The position numbers were made by a program, and so were the translations under genes. Of a stretch of 64,000 nt of DNA, positions 20,242-28,851 are shown piece after piece. Under the pieces are notes generated by a model, which worked only from the letters and a program-made list of their open reading frames with translations, ran no database searches and was not told the origin of the DNA. The stretch lies in the NCBI GenBank assembly GCA_025966135.1, contig JAOPVP010000046.1:152751-216750 (forward strand), read 5' to 3'. Every line of letters starts with the position of its first letter. The first letter of the stretch is position 1. The DNA comes from Frankiales bacterium (GTDB lineage: Bacteria; Actinomycetota; Actinomycetes; Mycobacteriales; SCTD01).

Positions 20242-21149
20242 CGCTCGCGCTGCTCGTCACCGGGTGCAAGGGTCAGCTCGGCAGCGAGCTCTCACGTCAG
20301 GCCCTGCGCGCCGCCGACATCCCGTTCGCCCGGGGCATCGACCTGCCCGAGGTCGACCTCACCGACCCGTTCGTGGTCCGCGACACCGTCGAGGAGTGGG
20401 CCCGGGTCGTCCGCAGCGACTCGCCGAACCACCAGCTCGTGGTCATCAACCCGGCGGCCTACACCGCGGTCGACAAGGCGGAGGAGGACGAGGAGACGGC
20501 CTACGCGGTCAACGCCGCGGCGCCCGCCTTGCTGGCCACCGCCTGCCAGGCCGTCGGCGCGCGGCTCATCCAGCTCTCCACCGACTACGTGTTCTCAGGC
20601 GATGCGACGACGCCGTACGAGCCCTCGGCCCCGACCGGGCCGAAGACGGCCTACGGCCGGACCAAGCTGGCGGGGGAGGCAGCCGTGCGTGAGCTCCTGC
20701 CCGACTCCTCGTATGTGGTGCGCACAGCGTGGCTCTACGGAGCCGGCGGGCCGAACTTCGTCAAGACGATGGCGCGGCTCGAGAAGAGCAAGGACACGGT
20801 CAGCGTCATCACCGACCAGGTCGGCTCGCCGACCTGGGCGGGCGACCTGGCGAACCGGCTGCTGGCGCTGGCCCGCAGCGACGCCCCGGCCGGGATCTAC
20901 CACGGCACCAACCAGGGCTCGGTGTCCTGGTACGGCTTCACCCAGGCCATCTTCACCGAGCTCGGGGCCGACCCGGCCCGCGTCCTGCCGACGGACTCGG
21001 CGAGCTTCGTGCTGCCGGCGCCGCGACCGTCGTACTCGGTGCTGTCGCCGGCGGCTTGGGACCAGGCGGGCCTGCCACCGTTCCCGGGCTGGCGCGAGGC
21101 GCTCGCGGAGGCCTTCCGCGTCGAGGGCGACGCCCTGCGCGCCGGCTAG
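20238..21149 (+). CDS. rfbD: dTDP-4-dehydrorhamnose reductase
   Basis: VTGCKGQLG, AAYTAVDKAE, STDYVF, YGRTKLAGE, DQVGSPT, APRPSYS; GTGA overlap with rfbB. Confidence 0.94.
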   Translation: MTLALLVTGCKGQLGSELSRQALRAADIPFARGIDLPEVDLTDPFVVRDTVEEWARVVRSDSPNHQLVVINPAAYTAVDKAEEDEETAYAVNAAAPALLATACQAVGARLIQLSTDYVFSGDATTPYEPSAPTGPKTAYGRTKLAGEAAVRELLPDSSYVVRTAWLYGAGGPNFVKTMARLEKSKDTVSVITDQVGSPTWAGDLANRLLALARSDAPAGIYHGTNQGSVSWYGFTQAIFTELGADPARVLPTDSASFVLPAPRPSYSVLSPAAWDQAGLPPFPGWREALAEAFRVEGDALRAG

Positions 21150-21244
21150 TTCCTCACCCTTTTGTGCTTCAGCGGTAGTCGGTCGCTACCGACACCCTGG
21201 GGGAGCCCCGGTGGCACCGACCGGCAACAGCGACAGGAGTACGC

Positions 21245-22078
21245 ATGCGCACCCGACTCAGCCGTGGTCACCGCACCGTGGGAGCCGCCGTGGCGCTGGC
21301 ACTGGGCCTGCTGGCGGGCGCGCTCGCCGCCACGCCCAGCGCCTCCGCCGCCTGCGCCGTCAGGACCACGCGCTCCGTCAGTGGGATCGTGCTCGGCGCG
21401 GACCTGCGCGACGTCAACGTCAGCATCGGCTTCGACGTGCAGTCGACGACCGGCAAGATGATCAACGTGAGCGACGGGTGCCTGAAGACCAGCGGCTACT
21501 CCGCTCCGCAGCAGGAGAAGAACCACTACGTCAGCGGTGAGGGCGCTCCGCGGAACAGCCGCATGTACGACGCCCAGGGCACCTACCGGGGCATGACCAC
21601 ACACACCTGGAGTCTCACCGGGCTGCCGTCCAACGCCGCCTCGGTCTGGATCGAGGTCTACTCCCGCGGCTACACGGGTTCCGCGTGCACCCAGTGCTTC
21701 GGCCCGAAGGACATCCACAAGTACGGCTACACGATGCGCCGTCAGGTCAAGGTCGGGTCGACCAACGTCCTGCTCAAGCTGCCCATGACCTGCGGCTACC
21801 ACGGCGGTACGGCCGGCTCGGTCTTCGGGAACGTCACGCTGGCCAACGGCACCAAGGTCACGCCTGACCGGGCGATGGCATGGTCGCAGGCAGTGGACAA
21901 CAACACGACGCCGATGGGCTGGGGCTCCGGCAGTCTCGCTCTCGGCAGCTACAAGGTCGCGTCGCTGGCGGGTAACCAGAAGTACTCGGTCTGGGTGTCG
22001 TACAAGGGCGTCACGCAGAAGCGGACCGGTGTCTCGGTCAGCGCCTGCCACGCCACGCCGCTGAACTTCAAGTTCTGA
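21245..22078 (+). CDS. Secreted hypothetical protein (beta-rich, six Cys)
   Basis: AGGAG RBS; signal peptide ending ATPSASA; typical codon usage. Confidence 0.8.
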   Translation: MRTRLSRGHRTVGAAVALALGLLAGALAATPSASAACAVRTTRSVSGIVLGADLRDVNVSIGFDVQSTTGKMINVSDGCLKTSGYSAPQQEKNHYVSGEGAPRNSRMYDAQGTYRGMTTHTWSLTGLPSNAASVWIEVYSRGYTGSACTQCFGPKDIHKYGYTMRRQVKVGSTNVLLKLPMTCGYHGGTAGSVFGNVTLANGTKVTPDRAMAWSQAVDNNTTPMGWGSGSLALGSYKVASLAGNQKYSVWVSYKGVTQKRTGVSVSACHATPLNFKF

Positions 22079-22082
22079 GCCC

Positions 22083-22931
22083 TCAGGTGGCGCGTGCCAG
22101 CACGTACACCTCGTTCGGCGGGTAGAGCTGGTCGAGCAGGTGGGCATACGACAGCCGGACCGCGGCCAGCTCCTCCTGCGTGACGCGTAGGCGCTCCTCG
22201 AGCACGGACAAGAAGTGGCCGAAGGTGTACCAGGGCGAGTCGGCGTCGCCCTTGGCCTTGCCGTTCTTGCCGTTCTTGCTGTTCTTGCCGTGCTTGCTGG
22301 GTGCGATGCGCTGGATCGCCGTTGCCAGGTCCGCTGTGAGGCCGGCGTCGACATGTGTCGCCGCGGCGATCGTTTGCGGCGGCGGCCCTGGGTGGTTTCT
22401 CGGGTTGCCGCCGGTCTCCACGACCTCGAGCCCCGCTTTCGCGCAGAAGAAGGCGAGTAGCCGCGCCTCGTAGAAGCGGATGTGGGTGGGGTCGCGCCAG
22501 AAGTCATATCCCATGACGGACAGGCAGGCGGCGTTGGGAGTGGCGGCGACGAAGACCCCGCCGGGGGCCAGCACGCGGGCGGACTCCTGGATGATCGCCT
22601 CGAGGTCGTCGGGTTGCAGGTGCTCGACGAAATGCGCTGAGAAGATGCCTTGAAGCGAGTCGTCGGCCCGACTGCGCAGGCCCCCCAGGGCATCGGCGTA
22701 CTCCACCGCGAGACCGGCCTGCCGGGCAGCGGCGACCATGCCCTCGTCGAGGTCGATCCCCTCGGCTGCCACTCCGGCGTCACGCAGCAGCTCGAGGAAC
22801 TCCCCGCGACCGCAGGCCAGCTCGAGCACCGGGCCCGTCGGGAACATCGGCACGTAGTGCATGAGCGTCGCCCGGCTGTTCTCCGGGTCGTAGCCCATGT
22901 AGGTGTAGTAGTCGCTCTCGAGGCGGCTCAC
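22083..22931 (-). CDS. Class I SAM-dependent methyltransferase, O-glycan chain-end type, with a Lys-rich/coiled-coil insert
   Basis: LELACGRGEFL motif I, HFVEHL, LAPGGVF, FWRDPTH; start at GTG after AGGAG (alternative 22970). Confidence 0.85.
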   Translation of the reverse strand: MSRLESDYYTYMGYDPENSRATLMHYVPMFPTGPVLELACGRGEFLELLRDAGVAAEGIDLDEGMVAAARQAGLAVEYADALGGLRSRADDSLQGIFSAHFVEHLQPDDLEAIIQESARVLAPGGVFVAATPNAACLSVMGYDFWRDPTHIRFYEARLLAFFCAKAGLEVVETGGNPRNHPGPPPQTIAAATHVDAGLTADLATAIQRIAPSKHGKNSKNGKNGKAKGDADSPWYTFGHFLSVLEERLRVTQEELAAVRLSYAHLLDQLYPPNEVYVLARAT

Positions 22932-23094
22932 GCCTGGACTCTCCTGGGGGACGCACTCATTGGGGGGCACACTGCGGCGTCGCGCGACGTCGGCGGTGCC
23001 GGGAGTGCCACGCTGTCAGACTTCCGCGCGTCGGACTGGGTGCTCGGTGCGCTGAAGGTCGTCGTGAGCATAACGGCCGGCCGTGCCGATCACG

Positions 23095-24165
23095 TCAGGC
23101 CATCACCTGCTGGTAGACCGCACGGGTCGCCGTCGCCGTGCGCTCCCAGGTGAACGGGGCCGCGTGCCGCCGACGCGGACCGGGGTCGCCCGGAGCATCG
23201 AGCACCCCGACGAGGGCTGCGGCGATCGCCTCCGGGTCTCCCGGGGGGGCATAGACGGCAACCTCGCCTCCGACCTCGCGGTGCGCCGCCAGGTCGCTTG
23301 CCACCACCGGCGTCCCGGCGGCCAATGCCTCCAGCACGGGGAGCCCGAACCCCTCGTCGTGGCTGGGGAGGATCACCGCCGCTGCACCCGCGACCACGCT
23401 GCTCAGCGCCGCGTCGTCGAGGTAGCCGGGCGTGATGCACCCGCTCACGTCCAGTTGGTTGCCCCAGCCCCGGGCGCCGACCAGCACCAGTGGCGGTGCG
23501 TCCGGCAGGAGGGCGTGTGCGCGCAGCAGGGTCGCCAGGTTCTTGCGCGGTTCCTGCGTCCCGACGAACAGCAGGTACGACGAGGGGAGCCCGAGCTGCT
23601 GCCGGAGGGCGTCGTCCGGCGCGGACGCGGTGGCCCATAGCGGGTCGACGCCGAGGGCGATGGGGACGACCGGCACGCGGGGCGCGTAGGCCTCCTGGAT
23701 CTGGTCGGCGACGGCCTGCGAGAGCGCCAGCACCGCGGACGCGCGGGCGATCGAGCGCGGCACCAGGGCCTGGTAGCGACGGCTCGTGGGGTCGACCAGG
23801 TCGGGGCTGTGCAGGTAGGTCAGGTCGTGCACGTTGACCACGCCCCGGGCCCGGCGCAACGGAGGCAGCACGTAATTGGTGGCGTGGTAGATGTCGGTGG
23901 GCCCCGAGACCAGCTCGACAGGCGGCCACTCCGACCGGGCCCAGGCCTCTTGCAGCACCCGGGCTGGTGCCGCGCGTCCCTGGGTGCGCACGCCCGCTGG
24001 CAGCGCCCCGGCGAGGCGGCCGTGCCCGCGCAGGGTGAAGGCGCTGGCCCGCAGCTCCTCGCCGATAGGAGAGGTGCGCGCCAGGGCCTCGAGCAGGGAG
24101 GCGGTGTAGCGGCCGATGCCGGTGCGGACCCCGAGCAGCGGGGTGCCGTCGAGGGTGACCCGCAC
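23095..24165 (-). CDS. Glycosyltransferase family 4 (WbpY/MtfB-like)
   Basis: TGIGRY, VHDL, VGTQEPRKNL, EGFGLPVLEA. Confidence 0.92.
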   Translation of the reverse strand: MRVTLDGTPLLGVRTGIGRYTASLLEALARTSPIGEELRASAFTLRGHGRLAGALPAGVRTQGRAAPARVLQEAWARSEWPPVELVSGPTDIYHATNYVLPPLRRARGVVNVHDLTYLHSPDLVDPTSRRYQALVPRSIARASAVLALSQAVADQIQEAYAPRVPVVPIALGVDPLWATASAPDDALRQQLGLPSSYLLFVGTQEPRKNLATLLRAHALLPDAPPLVLVGARGWGNQLDVSGCITPGYLDDAALSSVVAGAAAVILPSHDEGFGLPVLEALAAGTPVVASDLAAHREVGGEVAVYAPPGDPEAIAAALVGVLDAPGDPGPRRRHAAPFTWERTATATRAVYQQVMA

Positions 24166-24167
24166 CC

Positions 24168-25505
24168 TCAGCTCCGCTCGACGAGCCAGGTCTCGAGCTC
24201 CCGACGGGAGACCACCGCGGCCCGCCGCAGGGCCCGACGCCGTAGGAGCATCGTCGGCAGCAGGCGCACGAACGACCGGATAACGCATAGGCGCAGGAGC
24301 AGCGGACGCAGGTGCGGACGGCTACGGGCCTTGGCCGCGTTCCGCAGCGTCCGTACCGTGATCGAGGCGGTCGTCAGGGGGTAGCGCATGACCTCGCGCA
24401 AGGCCCGTGCTGCGCTGGCGTCCTTGGTCAGCATGAGCAGCCGGTTGCGGTCGGTGTGGAACACGAACGTGGGCGACCACTCCACGCTCGTGGCGGAGTG
24501 GATGTGGCGCACGACGGCGGACGGCTCGTAGGCGATGTCCCAGCCGGCCATCCGGAGACGCCATGACAGGTCACAGTCCTCGTAGTACAGGAAGAAGTCC
24601 TCGTCGAACCAGCCGACCGCCTGGCCGGCTTCGGTCCGCATCGCGACCGCACAGCCGCACATGGCGAAGACGTCCTGGGGCTCAGCGAACTGGCCGGCGT
24701 CGACCTGCTGGTAGCCGAGGTCGGCGCCGTACCCGTCGTGGAAGACGACTGAGCCGACGTTGTTGACGACGTCGACGAGCGGGACCTGCGAAGGGACCTC
24801 GAACCTGACCACGTTGCCGGTCTCGGCAACGGTCAGCTCAGCGCTGCCACCGTCCCAGGACAAGGTCACCGGCTTCTCGCGCTCGGCCGCCCACGTCACG
24901 GTCACGCAGTGCGGCTTGTCGGTGCCGGCGGGGACCGGGACGAGCAGGCGGCCGGTGGGACGCGTCCAGCGGAACCGTCCCTCGCCGATGCCCTCGGGAC
25001 CCCAGGTCAGCTTCTCCCACAGGACGCGCTCGGTGACGTCCTCGTCGCCCACCAGCAGCTGCGAGATGCGAACGCCGAGGTCGCGCGGGTCGCCCCCGCC
25101 GGGCAGGAACGTCTCGGTCGCAAGGTCGAGCGCGAGGAAGCGCGGTGCGAACACGACCTTGCTCGTCGCCGCAGCCAGCCTTGGCCGACTGTCGAAGGGC
25201 GCCAGCAGGTTGGCGAGCCAGTCCGGTTCGGGGGTCGCGTCATTGTTGAGCAGCACCGCGTACGGCGTCGCGACCTCGCGCAGCGCTGTGTTGTTGCCGC
25301 CGGCGAAGCCCCGGTTTTCGTCGTTGCGCAGGACCCGCACCGTCGGGAACTCCTGCTCGAGCAGGGTGACGCTGCCGTCGCTGCTGGCATTGTCGACGAC
25401 CCAGGTCTCGAAGTCCGTCACGGTCTGCCGTGAGAGTGCCTCGAGGCAGTTGCCCAGAAACCGCTCGCCGTTCCAGTTGACGATGATGACGGTGGCGCGG
25501 GTCAC
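24168..25505 (-). CDS. Glycosyltransferase family 2 (rhamnosyltransferase-like) with an internal beta-domain insertion
   Basis: IVNWNG, VDNASSDGS, NRGFAGGNN, LLNND, FFLYYEDCDLSWR; GTG after AGGAGG. Confidence 0.9.
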   Translation of the reverse strand: MTRATVIIVNWNGERFLGNCLEALSRQTVTDFETWVVDNASSDGSVTLLEQEFPTVRVLRNDENRGFAGGNNTALREVATPYAVLLNNDATPEPDWLANLLAPFDSRPRLAAATSKVVFAPRFLALDLATETFLPGGGDPRDLGVRISQLLVGDEDVTERVLWEKLTWGPEGIGEGRFRWTRPTGRLLVPVPAGTDKPHCVTVTWAAEREKPVTLSWDGGSAELTVAETGNVVRFEVPSQVPLVDVVNNVGSVVFHDGYGADLGYQQVDAGQFAEPQDVFAMCGCAVAMRTEAGQAVGWFDEDFFLYYEDCDLSWRLRMAGWDIAYEPSAVVRHIHSATSVEWSPTFVFHTDRNRLLMLTKDASAARALREVMRYPLTTASITVRTLRNAAKARSRPHLRPLLLRLCVIRSFVRLLPTMLLRRRALRRAAVVSRRELETWLVERS

Positions 25506-25617
25506 CGTCCAGCCTCCTGATGCCGATGCGGATGCGGCGCTGAATGCCCCTGCACAACGCCCTGCGCACCCGGCGGGCACACAGGCTCAGTTTCCTGGCC
25601 AATAGTACCGTGGCGGC

Positions 25618-27678
25618 GTGACGACGATGGCGGCTGAGGCCCCGGACAAGCAGAGCCAGCCGCAAGACGACACCCGTCGCGCGGTGCTCAACGCCACCGA
25701 TGCCCTGGCACTTGGGGCGGCGCTCGTCGTGGCCGTCGTCGGTTGGGTCGGGTTGGGTCTGGCCGAAGCGAACAGCCACGGTCTGGCGCTCGTCGTGGTG
25801 CTGAGCGCCGTCGTGCTCGTGGCGATGGGAGTGCTCGCGGCCCAGTGGAGATGGCGCCCGCGGTTGGCTCGTGACCCCAAGGGACTGGTCATCGCCCTGG
25901 GTGCCGCCGCCGTCGCGGCGGCCCTGACGTTCCCGGGCTTCTCGTACGGTCTCACGGACAAGGACCCGGGGGTCTACGTCGCCCATGGCGTGGAGATCGC
26001 CCGTACCGGTGGTATCGCGTTTGAAGACCCCCTGCTCAAGGACAAGGTTTTCGTGCAGCCCACGTCACCAGGGGCAGTCTTCGCGGGCATCTGGATCAAC
26101 GACGCCGGCTCGGGCAAGATCGTTCCGCAGTTCTACCACCTGTGGCCGGCCCTTCTGGCGACCGCTTACGACGTCGGTGGACTTGACGGCATCCGCTTCG
26201 TGGTGCCCCTCATGGGGGTGGTGGCGGTCCTGGTCCTGGTCGCGCTCCTGCGACGGCTCGGGCAGGCGATGGCCGGGCCGGCTGCCGGGGTGATGGCGGC
26301 GGCAGCGGGCGGACTGCTGCTGTCGACCAACCTGCTGCAGGTCTGGCAGTCCCGGTACCCGACCACCGAGGTGCTGGCTCAGGCGCTGTACGTCGCCGCG
26401 CTGCTCGGTCTCGTGATCGCGATCCAGGAGCGGTGGGCGCCGGCAGCGGGGTTGGCGGGGTTGTTCATCGGAGTCGGCTGGCTCAACCGCGGTGACGGGT
26501 TCCTGATGGTGCTCCTTGCGGCAGCCTTCGGTGCGTGCCTCCTGGCCGCCCGCCGCTGGGACGTGCGTGCCACCTGGGGCGCCGTCGGGTTGGGGATCGT
26601 GCTGCCGCACGCCTGCGTGCAGGCGTATGTCTTCTGCCGGCAGTACACCGAGGGCAACTCGGTGCCGTCGTTCGTGCGGATGAGCGAGCTCGTCCTGCTC
26701 GGGCTGCTGTTCGCGTTGGCCGCCCGGACCGTGCTGCGCCGGCCTGCGCGCGCCATCGTGGCGGCGCTTCAGGTCCGGCGCACCCAGGCCCGCGTCGGTC
26801 TGCTGGTCAGCCTGCTCGCGTTCGGCCTGCTGGCGTTGGGCTTCCTGCGTGCTCGCCTGTTCGGTCCGGACTACTTCCTCTGGAACGGCCAGAGGCTGCG
26901 CTCCTACGACGAGCAGATCATGCAGCGCCTGAGCTGGTTCCTGACGCTGCCCGGATTCGCCATCATGTGGCTCGGCATCGCGGTAGTGGCGCTCCGCCGC
27001 TGGAGGGCCTCGCTGTGGGTGGCGGTCGTGCCGACGCTGCTGCTGTTCCCGGTGTACGGCTACTCCGCCCGCAACTCCTCGCGGTTGATGTGGGGAACCC
27101 GTCGGTACGTTCCCACCGTTCTGCCGGGAATCGTGGTGCTCATCGCGCTGGCGTTGGCCCTCGCCTTTGTGTGGCGCTTCCGGGGCCGTGCTCTCCTACG
27201 CGTGCCTTCGCTCGTTGCGTGCGGAGGGCTGGTGGCGGTGTTCCTGTCGCAGTCGCTGCCACTGCGCAGCCATGACGAGTTCCGCGGCAGCTTCGAGCTC
27301 AGCGCTCAGATCTCCGCGCTCTCGCCCAAGCCCAACGGCATCTACGTGTGGGACTCGACTGCCTGCTGCAACAGGCCCGCCAGCCTGCTGGCCACGGCGG
27401 TCTGGCTCGAGCACGGCGAGCTCTCGGTGCTGCTGGCACTGGACCCCACGCGCCGTCAAGCGGCGCTCAGGCAGTACGCGAGCACCTACCCGGCGCAGCC
27501 GTTGTTCCTCGTGAGCGGCGGTGACGCGCTACCCGCAGGCGTCGACCCGGCCTCGGCTCGCCGGGTCATGTCCACGACCAGGAACCTTCCGATGTGGCAG
27601 GAGAGCGACACCGAGCGGCCGTCGCACGCCGTGAGCCTCGCGGTGCACGTGACGGTCTGGAGGATCACGCCGGGCTGA
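25618..27678 (+). CDS. Multi-pass membrane protein, probable GT-C fold glycosyltransferase
   Basis: Many TM helices; DKDPGVY acidic first loop, QFYHLWP, RYPTTE, TRRYVP; soluble C-terminal domain. Confidence 0.7.
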   Translation: MTTMAAEAPDKQSQPQDDTRRAVLNATDALALGAALVVAVVGWVGLGLAEANSHGLALVVVLSAVVLVAMGVLAAQWRWRPRLARDPKGLVIALGAAAVAAALTFPGFSYGLTDKDPGVYVAHGVEIARTGGIAFEDPLLKDKVFVQPTSPGAVFAGIWINDAGSGKIVPQFYHLWPALLATAYDVGGLDGIRFVVPLMGVVAVLVLVALLRRLGQAMAGPAAGVMAAAAGGLLLSTNLLQVWQSRYPTTEVLAQALYVAALLGLVIAIQERWAPAAGLAGLFIGVGWLNRGDGFLMVLLAAAFGACLLAARRWDVRATWGAVGLGIVLPHACVQAYVFCRQYTEGNSVPSFVRMSELVLLGLLFALAARTVLRRPARAIVAALQVRRTQARVGLLVSLLAFGLLALGFLRARLFGPDYFLWNGQRLRSYDEQIMQRLSWFLTLPGFAIMWLGIAVVALRRWRASLWVAVVPTLLLFPVYGYSARNSSRLMWGTRRYVPTVLPGIVVLIALALALAFVWRFRGRALLRVPSLVACGGLVAVFLSQSLPLRSHDEFRGSFELSAQISALSPKPNGIYVWDSTACCNRPASLLATAVWLEHGELSVLLALDPTRRQAALRQYASTYPAQPLFLVSGGDALPAGVDPASARRVMSTTRNLPMWQESDTERPSHAVSLAVHVTVWRITPG

Positions 27679-27701
27679 GGGGTCACGGTAGGTTCGTCGC
27701 T

Positions 27702-28850
27702 ATGGGCGCGGAGTTGGAAAGCAAGAGCTTCACGATCGCGGGTGACTCCTCGGTCTACTACGGCGGCGGGTACTGGAACGAGCTGTCCCAGGTGGCGACC
27801 CACATCGAGCGACGGGCCACCGGCAAGGACGCGACGGTGTGGTACGCCCACCTCAAGGAGGTGACCGGCGGCCGGACGTTCAAGAAGGCGCTGTTCCTCA
27901 ACTGCGGCAACGGCTGGGTGGAGCGCGACCTGCTCCGGGCCGGCATCGTCGAGGAGGCGGTCGGCACCGACATCTCCGAGGACCTGCTCGCGCAGGCCCG
28001 CAAGGAAGCCGCCGATGCCGGCCTCAACGCCCGCTACCACGCGCGCGACATCAACACCGCCGACCTGCCGGAGGACGGTTACGACCTCGTCATCAACTTC
28101 GCGGCGGCGCATCACATCGCCTACCTCGACAAGGTGCTGCGCAAGGTCGCCGAGGTGCTGCCCGAGGACGGCGTCTTCGCCTCCCTGGACTACGTCGGCC
28201 CGCACCGCAACCAGTACGGCTACGAGCAGTGGCAGGCCGCGACGACCCTCAACGAGACGCTGCCCGAGGCCTTCCGTGCGCAGATGAGCTACCCGCACCT
28301 ACCGACGATGCTGCACGGCGACCCCACCGAGGCGATCCACTCCGAGAAGATCCTGGAGACCGTCCAGCGCTACTTCCGGCTCGAGGAGCTCAACCCGATC
28401 GGCGGCGGGCTGGCCTATCTCCTGCTGACGTTCAACCGCGGCATCCACGACAACCCGGGGATCGAGCGGGACGCCGTCGTGCAGCAGGTGCTCGACGCGG
28501 ACACCGCCTGGACCGCGGCGAACTTCCCGCTGTTCGCGTTCTTCTGGGGCCGCCCCGACAAGGCAGCGCTCGCCGACACCGCGGCGCTCGAGGGGTGGAC
28601 CCGTGAGGAGGAGGAACGGGAGTCCGCCGCAGCCGCCAACGGTGGCCAGTACTACCCGCTGACGGTCCTGCAGCAGGTCACCCAGGAGCTGGAGACGCTG
28701 CGGATGCACAAAGCGCACCTGCGCGCTGATCTGCACCGCGGTATGGAGCTGAGGGCCTCGCTTCGGCCCGTGCTCGTGCGCACCCTCGACGAGAAGGCGC
28801 CGCAGGTCGCTCGCGCGCTGCGGCGGGTGCGGGCCCGCCGGAAGCCCTAG
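27702..28850 (+). CDS. Class I SAM-dependent methyltransferase with a C-terminal coiled coil
   Basis: FLNCGNGW variant motif I, DIS, YDLV, AAHH, DYVGP, DPTEAI; tail LQQVTQELETLRMHKAHLRADL. Confidence 0.82.
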   Translation: MGAELESKSFTIAGDSSVYYGGGYWNELSQVATHIERRATGKDATVWYAHLKEVTGGRTFKKALFLNCGNGWVERDLLRAGIVEEAVGTDISEDLLAQARKEAADAGLNARYHARDINTADLPEDGYDLVINFAAAHHIAYLDKVLRKVAEVLPEDGVFASLDYVGPHRNQYGYEQWQAATTLNETLPEAFRAQMSYPHLPTMLHGDPTEAIHSEKILETVQRYFRLEELNPIGGGLAYLLLTFNRGIHDNPGIERDAVVQQVLDADTAWTAANFPLFAFFWGRPDKAALADTAALEGWTREEEERESAAAANGGQYYPLTVLQQVTQELETLRMHKAHLRADLHRGMELRASLRPVLVRTLDEKAPQVARALRRVRARRKP

Positions 28851-28851
28851 A

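Noticed and set aside
19258-21149. rmlA and rmlC missing next to rfbB/rfbD
   Set aside because: rml genes are commonly split across actinobacterial chromosomes; absence from one window is uninformative
22928-23071. 47-aa minus-strand ORF (MLTTTFSAP...) whose TGA overlaps the methyltransferase GTG
   Set aside because: Low-complexity, non-protein-like sequence and no RBS; the methyltransferase has its own AGGAG; probably chance
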